From Yuukianura sp. NJ FZ-2021 (taxonomy: Eukaryota), in contig CM102283.1 in the NCBI GenBank assembly GCA_046563655.1, forward strand, positions 9,114,001 through 9,178,000: 64,000 bases of DNA, given 5' to 3'. Below are positions 12,600 through 28,189 of the stretch, piece by piece; the first letter of the stretch is position 1; the number at the start of each line of letters is the position of its first letter. A program made the translations under genes and the position numbers. Below the pieces are notes generated by a model, which made no database searches, was not told the DNA's origin, and saw only the letters and a list, made by a program, of their open reading frames with translations.

Positions 12600-15500
12600 T
12601 ACTATTTCATCTTAAGACTTAAAAACAATGCGAAAACGTGGGTGAGACACTTTGTAGGCAACAAAGGGAGCGACTTTTCAAACGCTTTTTTTCCAAAACC
12701 TATTAAATAATTACCAACACCAACACTGTAGCACTGCCAAAATTTAGCATTGCAAATCTTCCCAATTAAAACATAGTAAAGAGTGAAACTATTGTTCTAA
12801 AAGTGTCGTAAAATATTGAAATTTAGGATTTTGAAATTGAAAATTACAGTAGTGCTTACAGTGTAAAAGATTAATGTGACAAGTTGATTTGAAACCATGA
12901 AACTAACATTTTGCGGAATCTCGCTCAATTATAAGTTGTCAAAATCAGCTTAAAATTTCAAGGGCTAACAACTCTACCAAGTACAACAATTACACTGTCA
13001 TAAATACTTGCAACTAGCAATTTTTTTTTGAAAAACTTAAAAAACGACATAAACATAAAAACATTGTGACCCACTAACTCCTGACCCTTTGACCTTCACT
13101 TTGTTCACACAAAAACGATAAATTTTTTACACTTTCCACTCAAAATTACTAAAAAGTGTCAAAATATTTGAGAAAAACATAAATTTCGTTCAGCAAGCTT
13201 TTGTTTTTCTTTGTTCAAAGTCTAATTTGTAAGTCGTAAAACGCAAACTCAGGGTAAAAATGGCTCCAAAATTCAACTTCTCAGCTTTTTATGTTTTTTA
13301 CGCTTTGTTTAAAATTTTGTAATGAAAATATTTCAGGATGTAACAAAATTGGTTAAATGACCATGAAAATGTTGAACTGATTTTTAAGTATTCAGGATGT
13401 AGACGGCTAAATTATAGTTTCCATTGTTTTACTCCAATTCCGTACCACCCTACGCAAAAATAAGAACAAAATGAGATCACCAACGGACTCAAATCATCTT
13501 CACCTAAATCCTACTAAAAAAAAGTTCCACCCGCGAAAGTCAAAATTTTAAAAATCAAAACAACATTGCACCACCCAGTATTCTAAAGCACTTTGAAAGT
13601 CAAAACAAAAACGAAACGTTCAAGGCTTGTCAACTAGCCAAAAACTGATCAAGATCTTAAATTTTTCACGACAATTCAAATGCCCATCACGTCCCGCTTC
13701 TCAATGTCTCCGTCCACAATGACACAAATGACACGTTCAACCTCTCCAGCCGAGCAATGACATGCAGATGACACTTTCAATTTAGCAAATGACACCTCTG
13801 ACATGCCCACCCCATGTCACGTCCATCACGTCCCACAAAATCTTCGTCCACGTACTTAAAAGCCTGCATTTTTATGAAGATGAGGCTCATTTCACGCCAC
13901 ACACACAAACACTTTGCATCTTTTTAGCCAACTTTCACCCCCCAATCAACTGACCACTAAATTTCCCATGACTCATTAAGCATTTAACCAATTGAGCAGA
14001 ACATCCTCATGCGCAGCATCCGTCTCATGATCGATCACTTCTGCACATCTCCAAACCAATTTTCAAAAAAATTCTAACTTATTGTTCAAATTTAGGACAA
14101 TTAATTTTGAAAAATGTCGTTTTCCCTAAACACATACTTCATCAGTCAATGTCGTTTGTCAAAGGACGAGCAGGAATAGCCTAGAGGATGTTCCACTCTT
14201 TTTGCAAGTTGCAAATTCTGCACATTGCAAATTTTTTGCAAGTCTGCCGGAGATGTTAGGCGGCCTGTCCCATTGTCACAGTTTTTTTGCAACTATCATT
14301 CTCCTTCATTGGAGCAATTTCAATTAGCAAGTGGATTGAAATCCCAAATTGGCATTTCCTTGTGAAAGTTGATTTCCATAGGTTTCAAGTTCCTCTCAAA
14401 TGTTAGACTTTTCAAAGTCATGAAATCCAAACTCAAAGTGTCCTTGGACGTGTTAATGAGGATCTCTAGCCAAATAGTCATTACACATACTTAAGTGGGA
14501 ATATGGAAAATAGATCAAACCAGGAACCATCACTATCATTTCCACATTCCACATGAGCATATATGCTATATACAATGCACATGCGCATATATGTAATTCA
14601 CATTCGAATAGGCTGTAATGATCTCATCGAGACATTTGAATGAGCTTTGAGATTTCAATGACACGCAAAAGGAATCGTAGCAAGGTGAACCAAAACTTGC
14701 TCTCCGTCATCCATGCACAATTTCGTGTTTTCCAATTTCAAAATTTAGTTTCCCGCCCTAAGTAACTCCATTAATTAAGATTAATTAAAAACGTATTTAA
14801 ATTAACAAAAAAAAACTACAAGTTTAACTAAGGTCAAAAGCCAAAAACCTTCAAACAATTTTTCCAAACTGGAACAACTTGGACAAATCCTCGAAAGATT
14901 TGTCTCTTGCTAAATTAGAGCAACCTGTTTTGTACATGAAACGAAATTTTTCAAAAAACTGACATTTTTTGCCAAAATTTCAAAATTCTGTAACATTTTG
15001 AGCTGTTACTTCTTTTCATAACGAAAACATGAAGCACTAACTACTGAAAGCCGGTTGTCCTCCACCTAATAAACCACTTTCCAATTCATAAGAGAAATTA
15101 ATTGTTAACAATTACGAGCAATATCCAAAAAACAAGGGTGCGTACAAGGGCCGTGCGAAAACTACGTAACATGAACTTCTTCAAAATTTGTGGGTTACAA
15201 AAAATGAACAAAACAAAACGCAACTTTTCCTTTTCGTTTGGGGAAAAACACAAAGAGTGGGAAATGCTATACATACGTGAGTTATCGTAAACAAGTTTCA
15301 AAAAAATCAAAAACAATGGTGGGGAATCTCCCTCCCAAAATTGCACTTCTATGAAAAACTCGTTTTCATTTGAATTAATTAAAACTGTTACAAAATTGCA
15401 CCGTTATTAGGCTAATAAACAACGCTCGAACTATACACTCGTTTTCATACTCCTTCGCCCGTGACTAAAATACCGTAATTCTCCAAACAGAATCTACTCA

Positions 15501-18500
15501 GCTCAAGTACCTAACAAATTGTTCCAATTTACTAAACATGAAAAATGTGAAACTTGAAACAAAATCGTGCCCAAGTCATCAGCAAGTACGAACTCATTAT
15601 GAATCCTAATGGAGGCTACTTTTGAACACAAGAGAAAATCGTAATGTTATGTTTGTGTTTATGTTCATTGAATACGGTACAGATTTCCATCAGCAGAGTG
15701 TTCCTCACAGTGAGTGGTACACTGTCGTTGGTCATCGGCCTCGTAACCCCTCGCATACGCAAAAAATTAACATTGGAAGAAACGAAAAAAAAAATTCACA
15801 TCCTAAACAGGAAAACACGATATTTCTCAATGGTGAATAAAAACGCTCAAAACGTGTCAGCAAAATGACTTAAAAAAAACTGAATTAGGAATATCAAAAT
15901 TTTTTAAGTATTCCTGAGGTATTCCTGATTTCATAAAGAAGAAATTTTTAGATATTCCTGAGACAAGTAGATTTCATTTTGCCACCTAAAAATTTTTGGC
16001 ACTTTCCTAAGAAATATAAATAATTTGCCAACATTTTGAACTTTTCGTTTCGCTCAAAAAGTGGAAAAGGTCAAAAACTGTTTTGTCGCGTGCTGAGTGG
16101 AAGTTGCCTAATAGTTGGCCATCGTCATTCGAATATCCGTAAGAAGTGTCACAGTGTGAAGTGGACAATGATTATCCGCCAAGTCAGTGGATTAGTGCCA
16201 TTCAGACTAAGAGTGCCCTTGAGAAATTAGTTGTATTATTCGTCAAATCGTACTTTTAGGCGTCTCCCTAGTGTCGTCGTTGTGCCAAATGCCCAAACCT
16301 GTACTTGTTTCAATGGGAGATTCAAATTGAGAGTGTGGGACATTTTGACTTTTCCTAATACGAAAACCACCAAGGTTGAAAAGAGGACTTTACAAAAAGT
16401 CCACACAAATAATCACAAGTGGACGAACAATTTGCAGTCTCATTCAAAATAACTACAATGGTGGACCATTTGGGACACCAAAATGTTGACACTTTTCATA
16501 ATCTCCCTCCAAAATCAAAAATTACTTCAACATAGCATTCCCCCGTTCACAGTTCTCGAACATTTCAGAATTTTAAATTTGAAAATATGAAATTGAAAAC
16601 TTAGCCACCGCCCATGGTCATTCCAGTTAAACTTAATTTCATATTTTAAAATAATTACAACTTTTGTTTAGTGTTTTGCTAAAGTTGATTTTTGGACTAA
16701 AAATTGGAAATCCTTCGGCCAAGGGCGTGGTCAGTCCAAAAACAATGGAAATGGTTTCCCTCTGAGTCAAATGAGAATACGGATCTAAAGGCGTCAATTT
16801 TCAAAAAACTGCAAGCAACCATCATTATTGCCTACACTATGTTATATTATTCGCACATGAAAATTGGCAAGGTCAACTTCTCATCTCCTTCCTAAACTAC
16901 TCATCAACTACAGTTAAATTCCAAAATCCTGATCTCATGACCTCTGGCCTTTTTACAACAAAAAAAAACATTTCGAAGTATATTTTCAAAAAAATTCCAA
17001 AAAGTGCTAAAAACCGGGGGAAAACAAAAGCGTAGTTAACATGTGAACTACCAAAGTTATTTCAAAAGTTACAGAATTTTGAGGAATGTTTTCCTTCTCC
17101 CAACAAATCCAATGAAAAACTCATGTTCAAAAGACACAATTCACACGCTAAACCCAGATTTTCTTTTGTACTTTTAACTTTTGATTCAAAAAGTAACTTC
17201 TGTGAAAAATATAACTAGGTCAATAGGGATTTGCTAACAATGCTAACTTCTGCCTGCAGTAAACGTAGACAATACAACTTTTCGTATATTTTAAACAAAA
17301 GGCCCATCACCAACTGTGCAATAATTTCAAAATTTAGTTTTCAAAAACAAAACACTTCTTTCCGCATTCAACAAAACTCAAAAAATCGAAATCCTTGTTC
17401 TACTAAAAGTACTTCCCTGTTTCTACCCCCGCTGGCATCGCAGTAATTGTTTTTAATGCAACTACTTAATTAAACATTCCAGAAGCTAAGTATCCTGGAA
17501 TTAAATAATTATAAAAATTCAAAACTACACTTGCAGAAATTTGCATTTAATTACCTTGCACCAATTTCAGGTTCTGGAAATCTCTTTTTTCGAATTGAAT
17601 TTCCCTCTCATTTAAATTGTAGTTGTAATATGATCTAAATTTCTAATGCTTAAAAGTAGTCTACCTTCAGTCAACCGGACATTGAAAATTCGCACAACTA
17701 AGTCACTCTAATTTCCCATACATTGAAACTTATAGCTCCACACGCAAAGTGAATTTTCAAGGTAGCACAGTGGCAAATTCCAATTATTGCAAAAAGTTAC
17801 AAAAAATGAAATTTTTCTGTTCATTCCACCTCCGCCCTCTAGTAATTGATACAATTAAACAAAAATTGAAAAACAAAACTTTTGCCAAACCAGAACTATT
17901 TTTGTTAATTTTTCTCAAATTAAGCAAAAATTTTTATATGGTGGCACATCGCCATACAGGAAAAACATACACCAAAAAATGTTATTTTGAACTTCTAAAA
18001 AATTTTACAAAAAAAAAAGTTTTTTGGTTAGTTACTTCCTCATCGACCAAAAGTGTAATGGAATATGCCCAATTTGAGACACGTATTGTTATGCCTATCC
18101 AGAAAATCAACCCACACTTTCATATTTTCCAACCCTCTCTAATATTAATAAAAGCCACAAACACACTTTGTACTTCTCCTTTTGCAAAAAATAAACAATG
18201 TGATCTACTAATCCCATTGTCACAAAACCACAACAATATTTGCACCATCATTGGCATCCAGGAACAGGATTTGCATTATGTTTTATGTTAAAGTCCTCCA
18301 TTGTCACTTTTTAAACAAACAAATAATCAAGAAGATCCGTTTTGGAAAAAAAGATAATGGACCAGAGAACAAACAAGTCATAGTTACACATGCATGTTTT
18401 CCAACCATTTTTATGAGGAAGTGCATGTATAATTTCAGTCAATATTTACACGAAGTCAGAACATGAATTTTGGAAAGAAAGAAAAACACGCCCTGAGCTG

Positions 18501-21500
18501 AGCGCCCATAATTTCTTACATTGACATTAAAAGTTGGGTTCTTGGTGAACCAAAATTCAATTTTCAAAATTGGTCATTACTTTTCACAAAAACCAAAATT
18601 TTTAAGTCAGAAACGCATTAAAAAGAGTAAAATGACTTTATGAAGTGAACAAACTCCCAAAAACTAAAAGTTAAAGCCCGGTTTGGAAATGGTGCGTGAT
18701 GATGCTCATGCGCTCATTACGTTGCAACAACCCTCTACTACACTATTAGACTGTGACCAAAACCAATTAGAAGATGCCACGAAAAGTGAACTAAAAAGTG
18801 CACAACCATTTAGAAACCATTTTAGTGTAACAAAGTACATGGAAAGTGTGTAAATGTTCAATAGAACTCTCCTTCCGTTTCAAAATTTGACTTTTAAAAG
18901 TTCAAAATTAAAAAAGAATGAAAATTGTTCAGCTAAAAGTATTTGCTTAAGAAAGTACTTTGGACTTTTTTTATGAGGTTTGGACATGACAAAACTTTGA
19001 CATCTTTATGTGAACTTTTTCAACAACGGAATTCTAACATAACCAAAATGGTTAAGAATAAGTTCCATTGTTGTCAATTGTTACGTGTAACCACCTAACC
19101 ACCTTTACCACCGTTGAGGGTGGTAAAATTATGAACATTCTTCACTCTTATTACTTCCATTAACATCGCCATTAAGTTCATCTCTCCAGTGCAGTTCTGA
19201 ATTCAAATTTACTCACATCATGCACGCTTTCATTTTTATGACTTTTTTGCAATTGCGTAGAAAGTGCTAAAATTAAACACAAATTATACGTTTTTTTTTT
19301 CCCACGGGCATCTTCCACTCCCCCTAAAATTAGCCCCAATTTGAACTTTTTCGAAATGAATTTTGACAAAAGTTTTTGAAAACTGAAATTTTGACTGTGC
19401 GATGATGACAGTAAAAAATGCGGGATAATTCAAGTTCCATTTATCAACTTATTCGTTCTGCTCTGGAACATTCAGTTCCATTAATGAACTTCTCAAAAAT
19501 CGTGACTCGATTTTCACACAATCCCACGCTCCAGTCCGTTCTTTCAACAAAAACTTAAACTAAAATGAAAACAAATCATTCTTTTCAAAACAAAAAAACT
19601 ACTTTTGAAAGTCAGTGACCAGGAAAAGGAAGTTTTAACAATGGGCATTACCAAAAAAATTCAAAAGCACTTGGCAGAATGCTTGTCCAGAATGTTTTTT
19701 ACCAAAATACTTTACTGGTTGTGGGAGTTTTCTGTTTCAACTTTCAAATTTTGAAAACTACAATTCAATTCCATTTGGTCCAGGCGCCATTCAGTCGCCT
19801 CAAAAACTTTGCTCCGCTAAATGGTAAAAAAAAATCTGAAAATTAACTCATCACTTGTAAACTTTTTCCACTAGTACAAAAAACAAAAGGTTACTCTTTA
19901 GACAAAAAAATGTTTGACAAATGTGCTAGTTTCCCACCAAAACTCTTCTGAAACAGAATTGAAAAAAGTGAAACAAGCAGATTTTTCATTACATGCATTA
20001 CGTTATTCCAGAAGTTAAAATTCCAGAAATTAATTGTTAATAATATGTTAAAGGTGTCCACTTAAATAAATTAAACTGCCAGGAAACTTACAGTCCAAAA
20101 TGGACAAAAGCGACATAAACTTTTTTTTTTAAATTCATCACAGCAGGAAACATTGTCGGCAAGTTTGTACAAAATTTTAACACACAATGGACCCGGTTTA
20201 GTACATTACATTGTCCTTTGCGAAAGTGTGAAGAGACGTCGTGTAGTGAGATTTTCACATTAAAATAAAACTATAAAACACTTTTCATCTTTAACAAAAA
20301 ATCCAAAATTTAAACTTCCTTACAAGCAAAAAAGAAACGGATTGGATTAAACTCCTTATGCAAATCTTTGACTTAAAAATCTAACGGCAGCTAAAAGTTG
20401 TCAAACAAACGCATTTTTCCCAAAAGTTTCAAATTTTTTACTTCAATAATTTAATCAATGATTTAAACGAGAACAGTTTAACACAATGAGCAAAAAACTG
20501 CAAAAAAATCATTTTCTGAAAGTTTTGAGTAACTTTGTCCCACTTTAAAGCGTGTTTTACTTGTATTCGATCATTACCGCCACACGTTCGCAACTAATCA
20601 GACGAAAATTGGCCAATTTCGAACTTTTTCACGGAGAAGAGAAAAATCAAAAATTGGGAAACAGTCCAAAGTCAACACTTAAAAAAATTACTTTTTTTTT
20701 TGAAAAAATGAACATTGACAGTGAAAGTTTACTAATTGCGATTCCCTCCAGCTACGGTTTGACACCCATCAAATGTATCCTTTTGATAAATTACTTCCCA
20801 CATCTTTCCATTCAAAAAAGCAAAGGTCACGCAGAATTCCAGAACTTTTTGGCACGCATGTTGCGCAATTTGTATTTTTTGACTTTGCTAACCACTCCTT
20901 TGAACTTGCCCTGCTTAGTGCACCCAACTGATGCAATTTCATTATCCAGCTAATTAATCTTGACGTGACAAGAACTTTTTCAAAGTTAATCAAATCAGGT
21001 CAATGCCCTTTTCAAAATTATTTTACACAGCTCGAGCTAAAGAATTCAATTTTCCATTTCAATTTTTCCTATCTCTTAACACATGTACGTCAATCAATCC
21101 ACTCTTGACGTAGTAAGTAAATGAAACATGACACAAAACGGAGTTGAATTTGGCAGAAAGGCGGTTGGATGGATAAAAAAAATTGCACAAAAAAATACTG
21201 GATTTTTATTCAACTTGTACGTCTAAATAAAAGCAATTTTACAACAAAATCCATGTTCACTCCAGACTACCGAATTTCACACTTTGTACTAATAAATCAC
21301 TCCTTGAAAATGAGCGTATCAAAATTCAAAATTCAGATTCAAAATTCAATTCAAAAATTTCCAAAAATGGGTGACAGATTGAACAAAAGCGATGGAAAAC
21401 AAATCTTGTCTAAACTTCACTCTTTGGACCAAAAATCTACAAAATCCTTTAGCTTTAGCAACGTTTCCTTGCAATTCCTTGTTAAAATTTGAAAATTTCT

Positions 21501-24500
21501 CCCACTCGAATTCATCTAGGTGGAAAAGAATTTGAAATGCTCATCTCCATGCTCAATTGCTAACCCGACTATTGAACTCTCACTGCAAGGCCGGTTCCCA
21601 AGGACGCTTAACAATGTCAAAATCCTACCACCACTTAAACACGTCACAATCACAAAACTTCTCTCAAGACCCTCAGCATCTTAAAAACTGTCATTGTTAC
21701 ATAGGAAATTGTCTAAAAAATTAAATGAATGTCTCTGCTCAGTCCCATCAATTTGTCTCAACAGTCATTAAACTGTCCTCTCCTTTGTCATCAATTCAAA
21801 ACTAGGTGAACAATGAAGGTGTGAACATTTCAAAATTCAAAAGAAATAAAAAAAACTCAAAAAAAAGAGCTCGAAATGTCAGACATTTTAAAATTGGTGC
21901 TCAAATTCTGTCTAAAATGACTCCACAGTACGCATTTGTCATGACAAAGCAAAAACTTTTTGAAAATTTTGCACCATCAAATTCAAAACCTTGGCCGGAA
22001 AACGATTTTTTTTTCTCCCTTACGCTTTTTAAATCTTAAGTGTCCATAATTGGAGAATTTGAAAAATAGGATGTCTAAATTGCACTAAAATTAGTAGCTC
22101 CGCTCCAGTCATTATCACAGTTAGAACAAAAATTTGAATTCGGTTTGAATTTGAGCGCTTAGTTTTTATAGTTTTTGATTCAGCGCCTTCGGATCACTTC
22201 AAAGTAGGACCCTGAAGCCCTTTCCTTTTGGCTGGACCGATGTTAAATGCTAATGGACCAGGATTGAGGTGAGTCCTAATGAGCCCTACGTGCTACTTTC
22301 TGGAGAGGGAGAACTCAATCAAGATCTGGAATTAAGATGAGACAAGTCGAGTGAACAAAAGTGAAAAAGTGATCATCAGGAGATGCTTACAAAAAAAAGT
22401 GAGTATTTAAGCACCTTTCGGCGCTCAAAGTGACATTAGATCCCCCAGGGCTTGTTCGAAACATTCAGAACGAGATTCAAATTAGACAATTTTTAAAACC
22501 TCCAGAACAAGACACAATGGGGGCCGGCAGAAATTCAAAATTAGAGATGACCATCTCAAATTTAGAATAAGAACAATTCAAAAAAATTCTTTAGCATCAT
22601 TATCAGTCGTAGCTGCTAAAAATTAGAAACATGGAATCAGCGGGATACCGACAATTTCAAATTCTCCCGCCAAAAGGAATTAGCCAATTACACCAGCATT
22701 AATCTTTTTACTCAGCAAAATCTGATTAATTGGACCAAGAATTCATGAATTATTTTGAATTTTCAAAATTTTTAAAAACGTTCCGCGAATTTCAAAAATC
22801 TAAATTCCACGTGTTGTAGTGAGGGTGATGACCCGCATGACCGCTGGAAAATGTTTAGAATTTTCAGTTTCTTTTCCCATGATCCTTCATGTGCAAAATA
22901 TTACGCAATCCATTAATTTTCCTTGACAGCTTTTGGCGGCATTTTACAAAATCCGGAGAAATCCATAAACTCCTTGCAAAAAACCCGCATTATTAGCATT
23001 TTGTTTCTCATTTTTTCCACAATTCATTTAAATCCCAATGAATTACAAAGGCAGATTTCAAAAACACAATGGAATCTCTGACAGTTTTTTTGTGTGTGCA
23101 GAAAAGCCTTTGCCAGTGCCAATTTGCAACGAAGCGTCACTTTTGGCTTATGAAGAGCGATCAAGGGAAACTAATGACCAAGAGAACGAATAAGATGAAT
23201 GTGTGCAGACTTCCAGCAGATTCCCATTCACTCTGCCCCAAAATGTCAATCACCCGCACTTAACCTCACTTTGCAAAAAATATGAACGACCATACACGCG
23301 CAAACAGTTCAAGGTGAATCAAAAAATCAAAAAAAAAAGTTCAAAGGATTCATGAAACGAACAAAAAAAATTCAAAGTTTCTCAAAACGCTTATTTTTGC
23401 ATCAAAAAGCTGAAAACGAAAAGCCTGAAAAATTTTATGGCTAACTTTAAATTTCAGCAGCCCTTTACTACAATCAAAAAAAACGTAAGCCGAAAATTAG
23501 TCTTTTTGTCAAAAAAAAAGTTTTTGTAAAAACACAATGGTGGGATTTAACGCTTTAGACAAATTCACACTCAGGACTTTTCCAAAAACACAAAAATTTT
23601 GAACAAAACAGAAAAGATAAATCACCTCATAATTCATTTCCCCTGGACTATTTTTTTGTTACTCAAAATTCATTAATTCTCTGTCCCTGACTTCCTTCTT
23701 AAAACTGGAAAATAACAATTTAATTTGCTTCAAAACTAAACTTTTTAACAGAAAACCAGAAAATAAATCTAAAAGCAACAATAGGAGTAATCCACACGCA
23801 TGTTTAACCAATTTTTCTTGTCCAAAAACTGTAATAATGTTGCACCATTCTTTTTCCCGTTCTTGAAAAATTGAGTAATGGGTTTAAGCAGCATTTAATC
23901 ACTCATAAAAAAAAAGTTGTACTTTTCAGACAGGTTTCTCAAATTTACACTAAAAAACATATAATACTCTTCGCAAAATCAAAATTTCCAGGCGCCGAAT
24001 TGAATAGTATTATGCAATTTGTCTTTCCATTTTCAAAAAAACCAAACAAACTGGATTCAGATAAACCGGTAAAGATATAGGATACATTGTACAAAAAATT
24101 GTTGTTTTCCAATCATGTGTCAAATTAAGTCGACATAAAATCAAAACGAAAAAGTCGAACATTAAACTGACAAATTTCATTTCAAATCTACTTAAAAATG
24201 AAATTGAAATTGCTGATCTTGATTTAGTTAATGCTTGAATCAAACGCAACTCCATGCAACACTGAATTTTGGCACAAAAAGAAAACTTTTTATACAAAAA
24301 GTCAAATTCGTAACACTTGCATAATAATAAATAGACAAAAAAGTTTGTGCAAATTCGTTACAAAAAAAGCAAAAAACGGAAAATCCATTTAAACGGAACT
24401 TAAAGCTTGTCAATTTTTTCAATCCTACAATGCAATTGCAGTGCAGAAAAAAAAACGCTGACGCAATTGAAGTCTGTTCCTACGTGTACTACTGCCTCAC

Positions 24501-26044
24501 TGCCACTCCAACCACTAAACACCTCAGAAACATTCTTTTTTGTTCATGTTTTGCAAAATAGTCATTTCTTACTTTTTCCCACGCTGCGAATTTCAATACA
24601 GTAACACAGTATATACAAACTTACTAAATCTCCCATGCTCAATTTAAACCTAACAACAATGGAAATTCCTAACAATGGAATTGTAACAATAAAAAATAAA
24701 GCTTCCTGCAATCATGATACTTTTCAAACTTTCCCGCCCTTTCCATTTATCAATCAAGTCCGACTTTTCAAAAAATGCACAACAATAATTGCAAAATCAG
24801 ACAAAGTAGACCAGAAGACAACAAAAAGTGAAGATGAGCTGCGCATGCGTCAAAGTCGGCACGACGCTAACCCATAAATGTCACTTTTCAACAACTTCTT
24901 TTAAATTCAAATCTTTTGTAGCAGAGGTAGTCAATGAAATTGTAATTTTTAGCACAAAACAAAACTTTCGTAACGACTTACAAGTTGAATCACTTTTAAC
25001 TTAACAATTCATTCTATTTCCGAACGTACTCAATTGATTTCCGATGATATCAAGTTAACATCCAAATGAAGTCGTATTGCACATGCGTCTTAATTAGGAT
25101 AGATGATGACGAATCGGAAAATGAGAAAAAGAGAGGTACATTTCAATTTCAAAATTTGCCACTTTTAAATGCAAAGTGCAAAAAAGCATATGTCTCGAAG
25201 GCCTTTGAATTGTTTTGGACATGCGCAGACTGTAATTTCTTACTATTAAAATGTTACAACTGATCGTCCTGTCATGAGGATTAGGTAACAGTATTGATAC
25301 GCTTCTAAAAATCAATGTACAACAATTCAATTGCTGTTAAATTGGAGAGGAGTGATTGAGCAACATGTTTTGAAAAATTCAAATTTCCCGCCTTTTCCTC
25401 CCACACTGCAACCTCATCTCCAATTCATTTGTCCAAATTCCAATTTGACTCAAATTTCGAAACAATGATTTCACAATTTCGTCGATTTCCAAAAAATACT
25501 GCAAATTCTGAAAAATTTCGCTCCATTGTTTCACAGTTGAGCAAAAAACAATCAACTTTTGAGAAAATTGAAACATTGATGAGGGTTTGCCGCTCTGAGC
25601 AGAGAGTTTTGGCCACACCCAAGCGCCTTAACTTCAATTTTTTTTTCAAAATGAGATTTTATCTCAAGTGTTAAAAATATCATCACTGACTGTTGAAGGC
25701 GACTGTTAAAAAATATTTTCTACGCATGCGTTCTTGAACATTCAATTTTGAATTGACTCCTTGTCACTTGTAAAACGAACCTGCCAAATGCACTGCTGGA
25801 GATGAACGGAGGGACGCATGTGCATGACACCAAGTCAAAATCAAATCAAACATTTTCATCTTCCTCTTTTAATAAACTAGGTGTGAGTGACACTCCTTTC
25901 AAAAAGATACAAATCTCAAAAAACTAAAAACTTCAACCTACATTTAGTACATAGTTTAAAAATGACAGTTTCAAGAGCACTGTGGTTTGTGGCGGTAAAT
26001 TTTGAATTTTTTTCAAAACTTTCTCACCCGTGTTAAGCCAAATA

Positions 26045-26142
26045 CCGTAAATTTCCAAATAATACTATCATCCTATTAGTACCCCTCCCTCATACGTCGA
26101 CAAAAGAATAAGTATTTGGGGGTACTATTTGGAAATTTACGG
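26045..26142. mobile_element. Tiny TA-flanked MITE with CCGTA termini (Tc1/mariner-pogo type), 98 bp
   Basis: ta|CCGTAAATTTCCAAATA ... TATTTGGAAATTTACGG|ta; 17-bp perfect inverted repeat. Confidence 0.8.
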
Positions 26143-27448
26143 TAATTTAAACCACTTAACACGTTTAAGCCTAACCCCAAGACCCAAAATCATTGGAGCT
26201 TAAAAACCTACATGAGAGTAACGCGTTTCCTCAAAAATTTTGAGTTTAAAATTTCATAAAAATTCCTTCTCGTTGCCAAAACATAGTTTTCTGACCATAA
26301 GAAAATAGGTTCGCATATGACAATATGCGCAGTGCGTAATTTACCGCCGTAGAAACGTTCATCCATGACTTCCTTCCTTTTGTTTTCTCTTTTCCGCTAA
26401 AAACTTAAACTTTTCAACTTCCTTCCGCAAAGACACTAAAAATTCCTCTTGACGCACAAAGAATTTCCATTGTTGTTGTAAAAGAAAAACAGCCGCAGTT
26501 GTAAAATTTCAACCAGCCCATCCTCACTTTTTAATCGCAACTTCTCATCTTTAAAATATAAACTTCCTTGTACCAAAAACACGCAAAAGTACAAGAAAAC
26601 GAGAATCTGCTTTTTGTTTCTAAGCTTCTCCAAAGTATTCATGGCGGGAAATTTCAAAATTTCAAAAGACAATGACTTATCTCCAGCTGAAAATTTATTG
26701 CGTCAGCACTTTTAAATGCTGGATGAAATCAAGAATTGTTTGGCTCATGGGCACGCGCTGTGAACACAATTCCAAAAAATGTCCTTGTCATGACATGGAC
26801 ACTTACAAATTTCAAATCCAGCGCCATTGAAAATTTAATTTTAAAAAGTATGCTTCCAACCATATAATTTTTAACTTTTATTTCCTCCGGCCGTCCAGTC
26901 AACATTATTCAAAATCCGACCGCCATTTTTTAAAATTCGCGCCCTGGAAAAACTGTAAAGTGCCGTCGGCTTTCCAATGTCATTATTGAATTGAAATGTG
27001 CCAGCCAGGAGGGAAAAACAAATGAAAAATGGAAAAAAGTTGTCTTGTTCTTTGAAATTTGAGATTCACTTTGTACAATGTTCACTCTAGGTGGCCAACA
27101 CTAATGCTGCCAACATCTACTTTGTACTGGGTGGCTCAAAAGTTACATTTTTTGAAAGTGAAATGAACAGATCTTATGGAGTTGATATGGACGAACAATT
27201 CATCATTTCCTTACTCTACCAAAGTCCCATATCATCTTCATCATCCTTACAACAAAGAACGTGCCACCAGGCCCACTGATCTCAATTCAAAATTTCATTT
27301 TCCAAAATCCATTGTTCACTTTTAAAAAAAAGTTCTGACAAAACAAATCAGTTATACTTTCGCTTCCTGTTCCACAACTGCTCCCTTTTTAAATTCGCAT
27401 AAAAACTGAGTTTAAAAGCGCGCTAAAATTGAAAAGAGTTGTGCTTAC

Positions 27449-27596
27449 CTTGAGTAGTTTGTCCTTGGAGTACCATATATCCTCTTCCTCAATTGGGGCT
27501 TCTGGCAGGTTAAGGTCATCACGTGACCTGGACAAAATCTTCCGCCGGGACACCATCGTAGTGGACCGCTGCTGCGGAGTTCTGTCAACAGTACTC
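27449..27596 (-). CDS. exp: Expansion/Rebuf-family gene, exon encoding MVSRRKILSRSRDDLNLPEAPIEEEDIWYSKDKLLK (internal ATG at 27556)
   Basis: Acceptor ttttgtttcag, donor AAG|gtaagc, phase 0 join to DHIQEVLDKW. The peptide matches the N-terminus I recognise for Expansion-family proteins. Confidence 0.88.
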
Positions 27597-28189
27597 CTGA
27601 AACAAAAATGAAAGTTTAGCCTAAAACTGCAAAAAGTGTTTTTTTAATCAAGGAAGATAAATCAATTTCTAAAAAGTTAATTGTACTCTGGTCAGCTATT
27701 ATTTATGTGTGGTCAATTGATGTCCATCGGACACGGTCATTGGCTCTGCTTAATTGCTGTGAATCTTAGAGGTGTAAATGAACTGAGAGAGGCGTAGGAT
27801 TGATTGAAAAGTCATTTGAGTATGAGGATTAAGTGGTATATGAAGATTAGATTAATATGAGAGTGTGTCCTCTCCTTAATACTTAATTAACTCCTCAGAA
27901 CTAACACCTCGGAGAAACTGTGCTCCTTCAAGTGGCCACTTTCATATCAAAATAATAAAGAATCTATTCAAAAGTAAGCCTAAAGTGTCGCACTGCCACT
28001 TTCAAAACATTTTCAATCTGAGATTATCCTGGCTTAAGGGCTACACTTATGGATTTTCCTTGAATAAGCTCAAAACTGTATACTATAAAAGTTTCCATTA
28101 AGCCGCAATCATCCGCTAAAAATTTCAAAATAATCTAATTTAGGTGTCAATGAAGTCAATTGGCCAATCAAAAACTAGTTTTTTGGCTC

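Noticed and set aside
17749-18291. 180-aa plus-strand ORF, and similar K/F/N-rich ORFs throughout 3-46 kb such as 37092-37619
   Set aside because: Non-ATG starts or composition mirroring AT-rich intron DNA; no domain or splice support.
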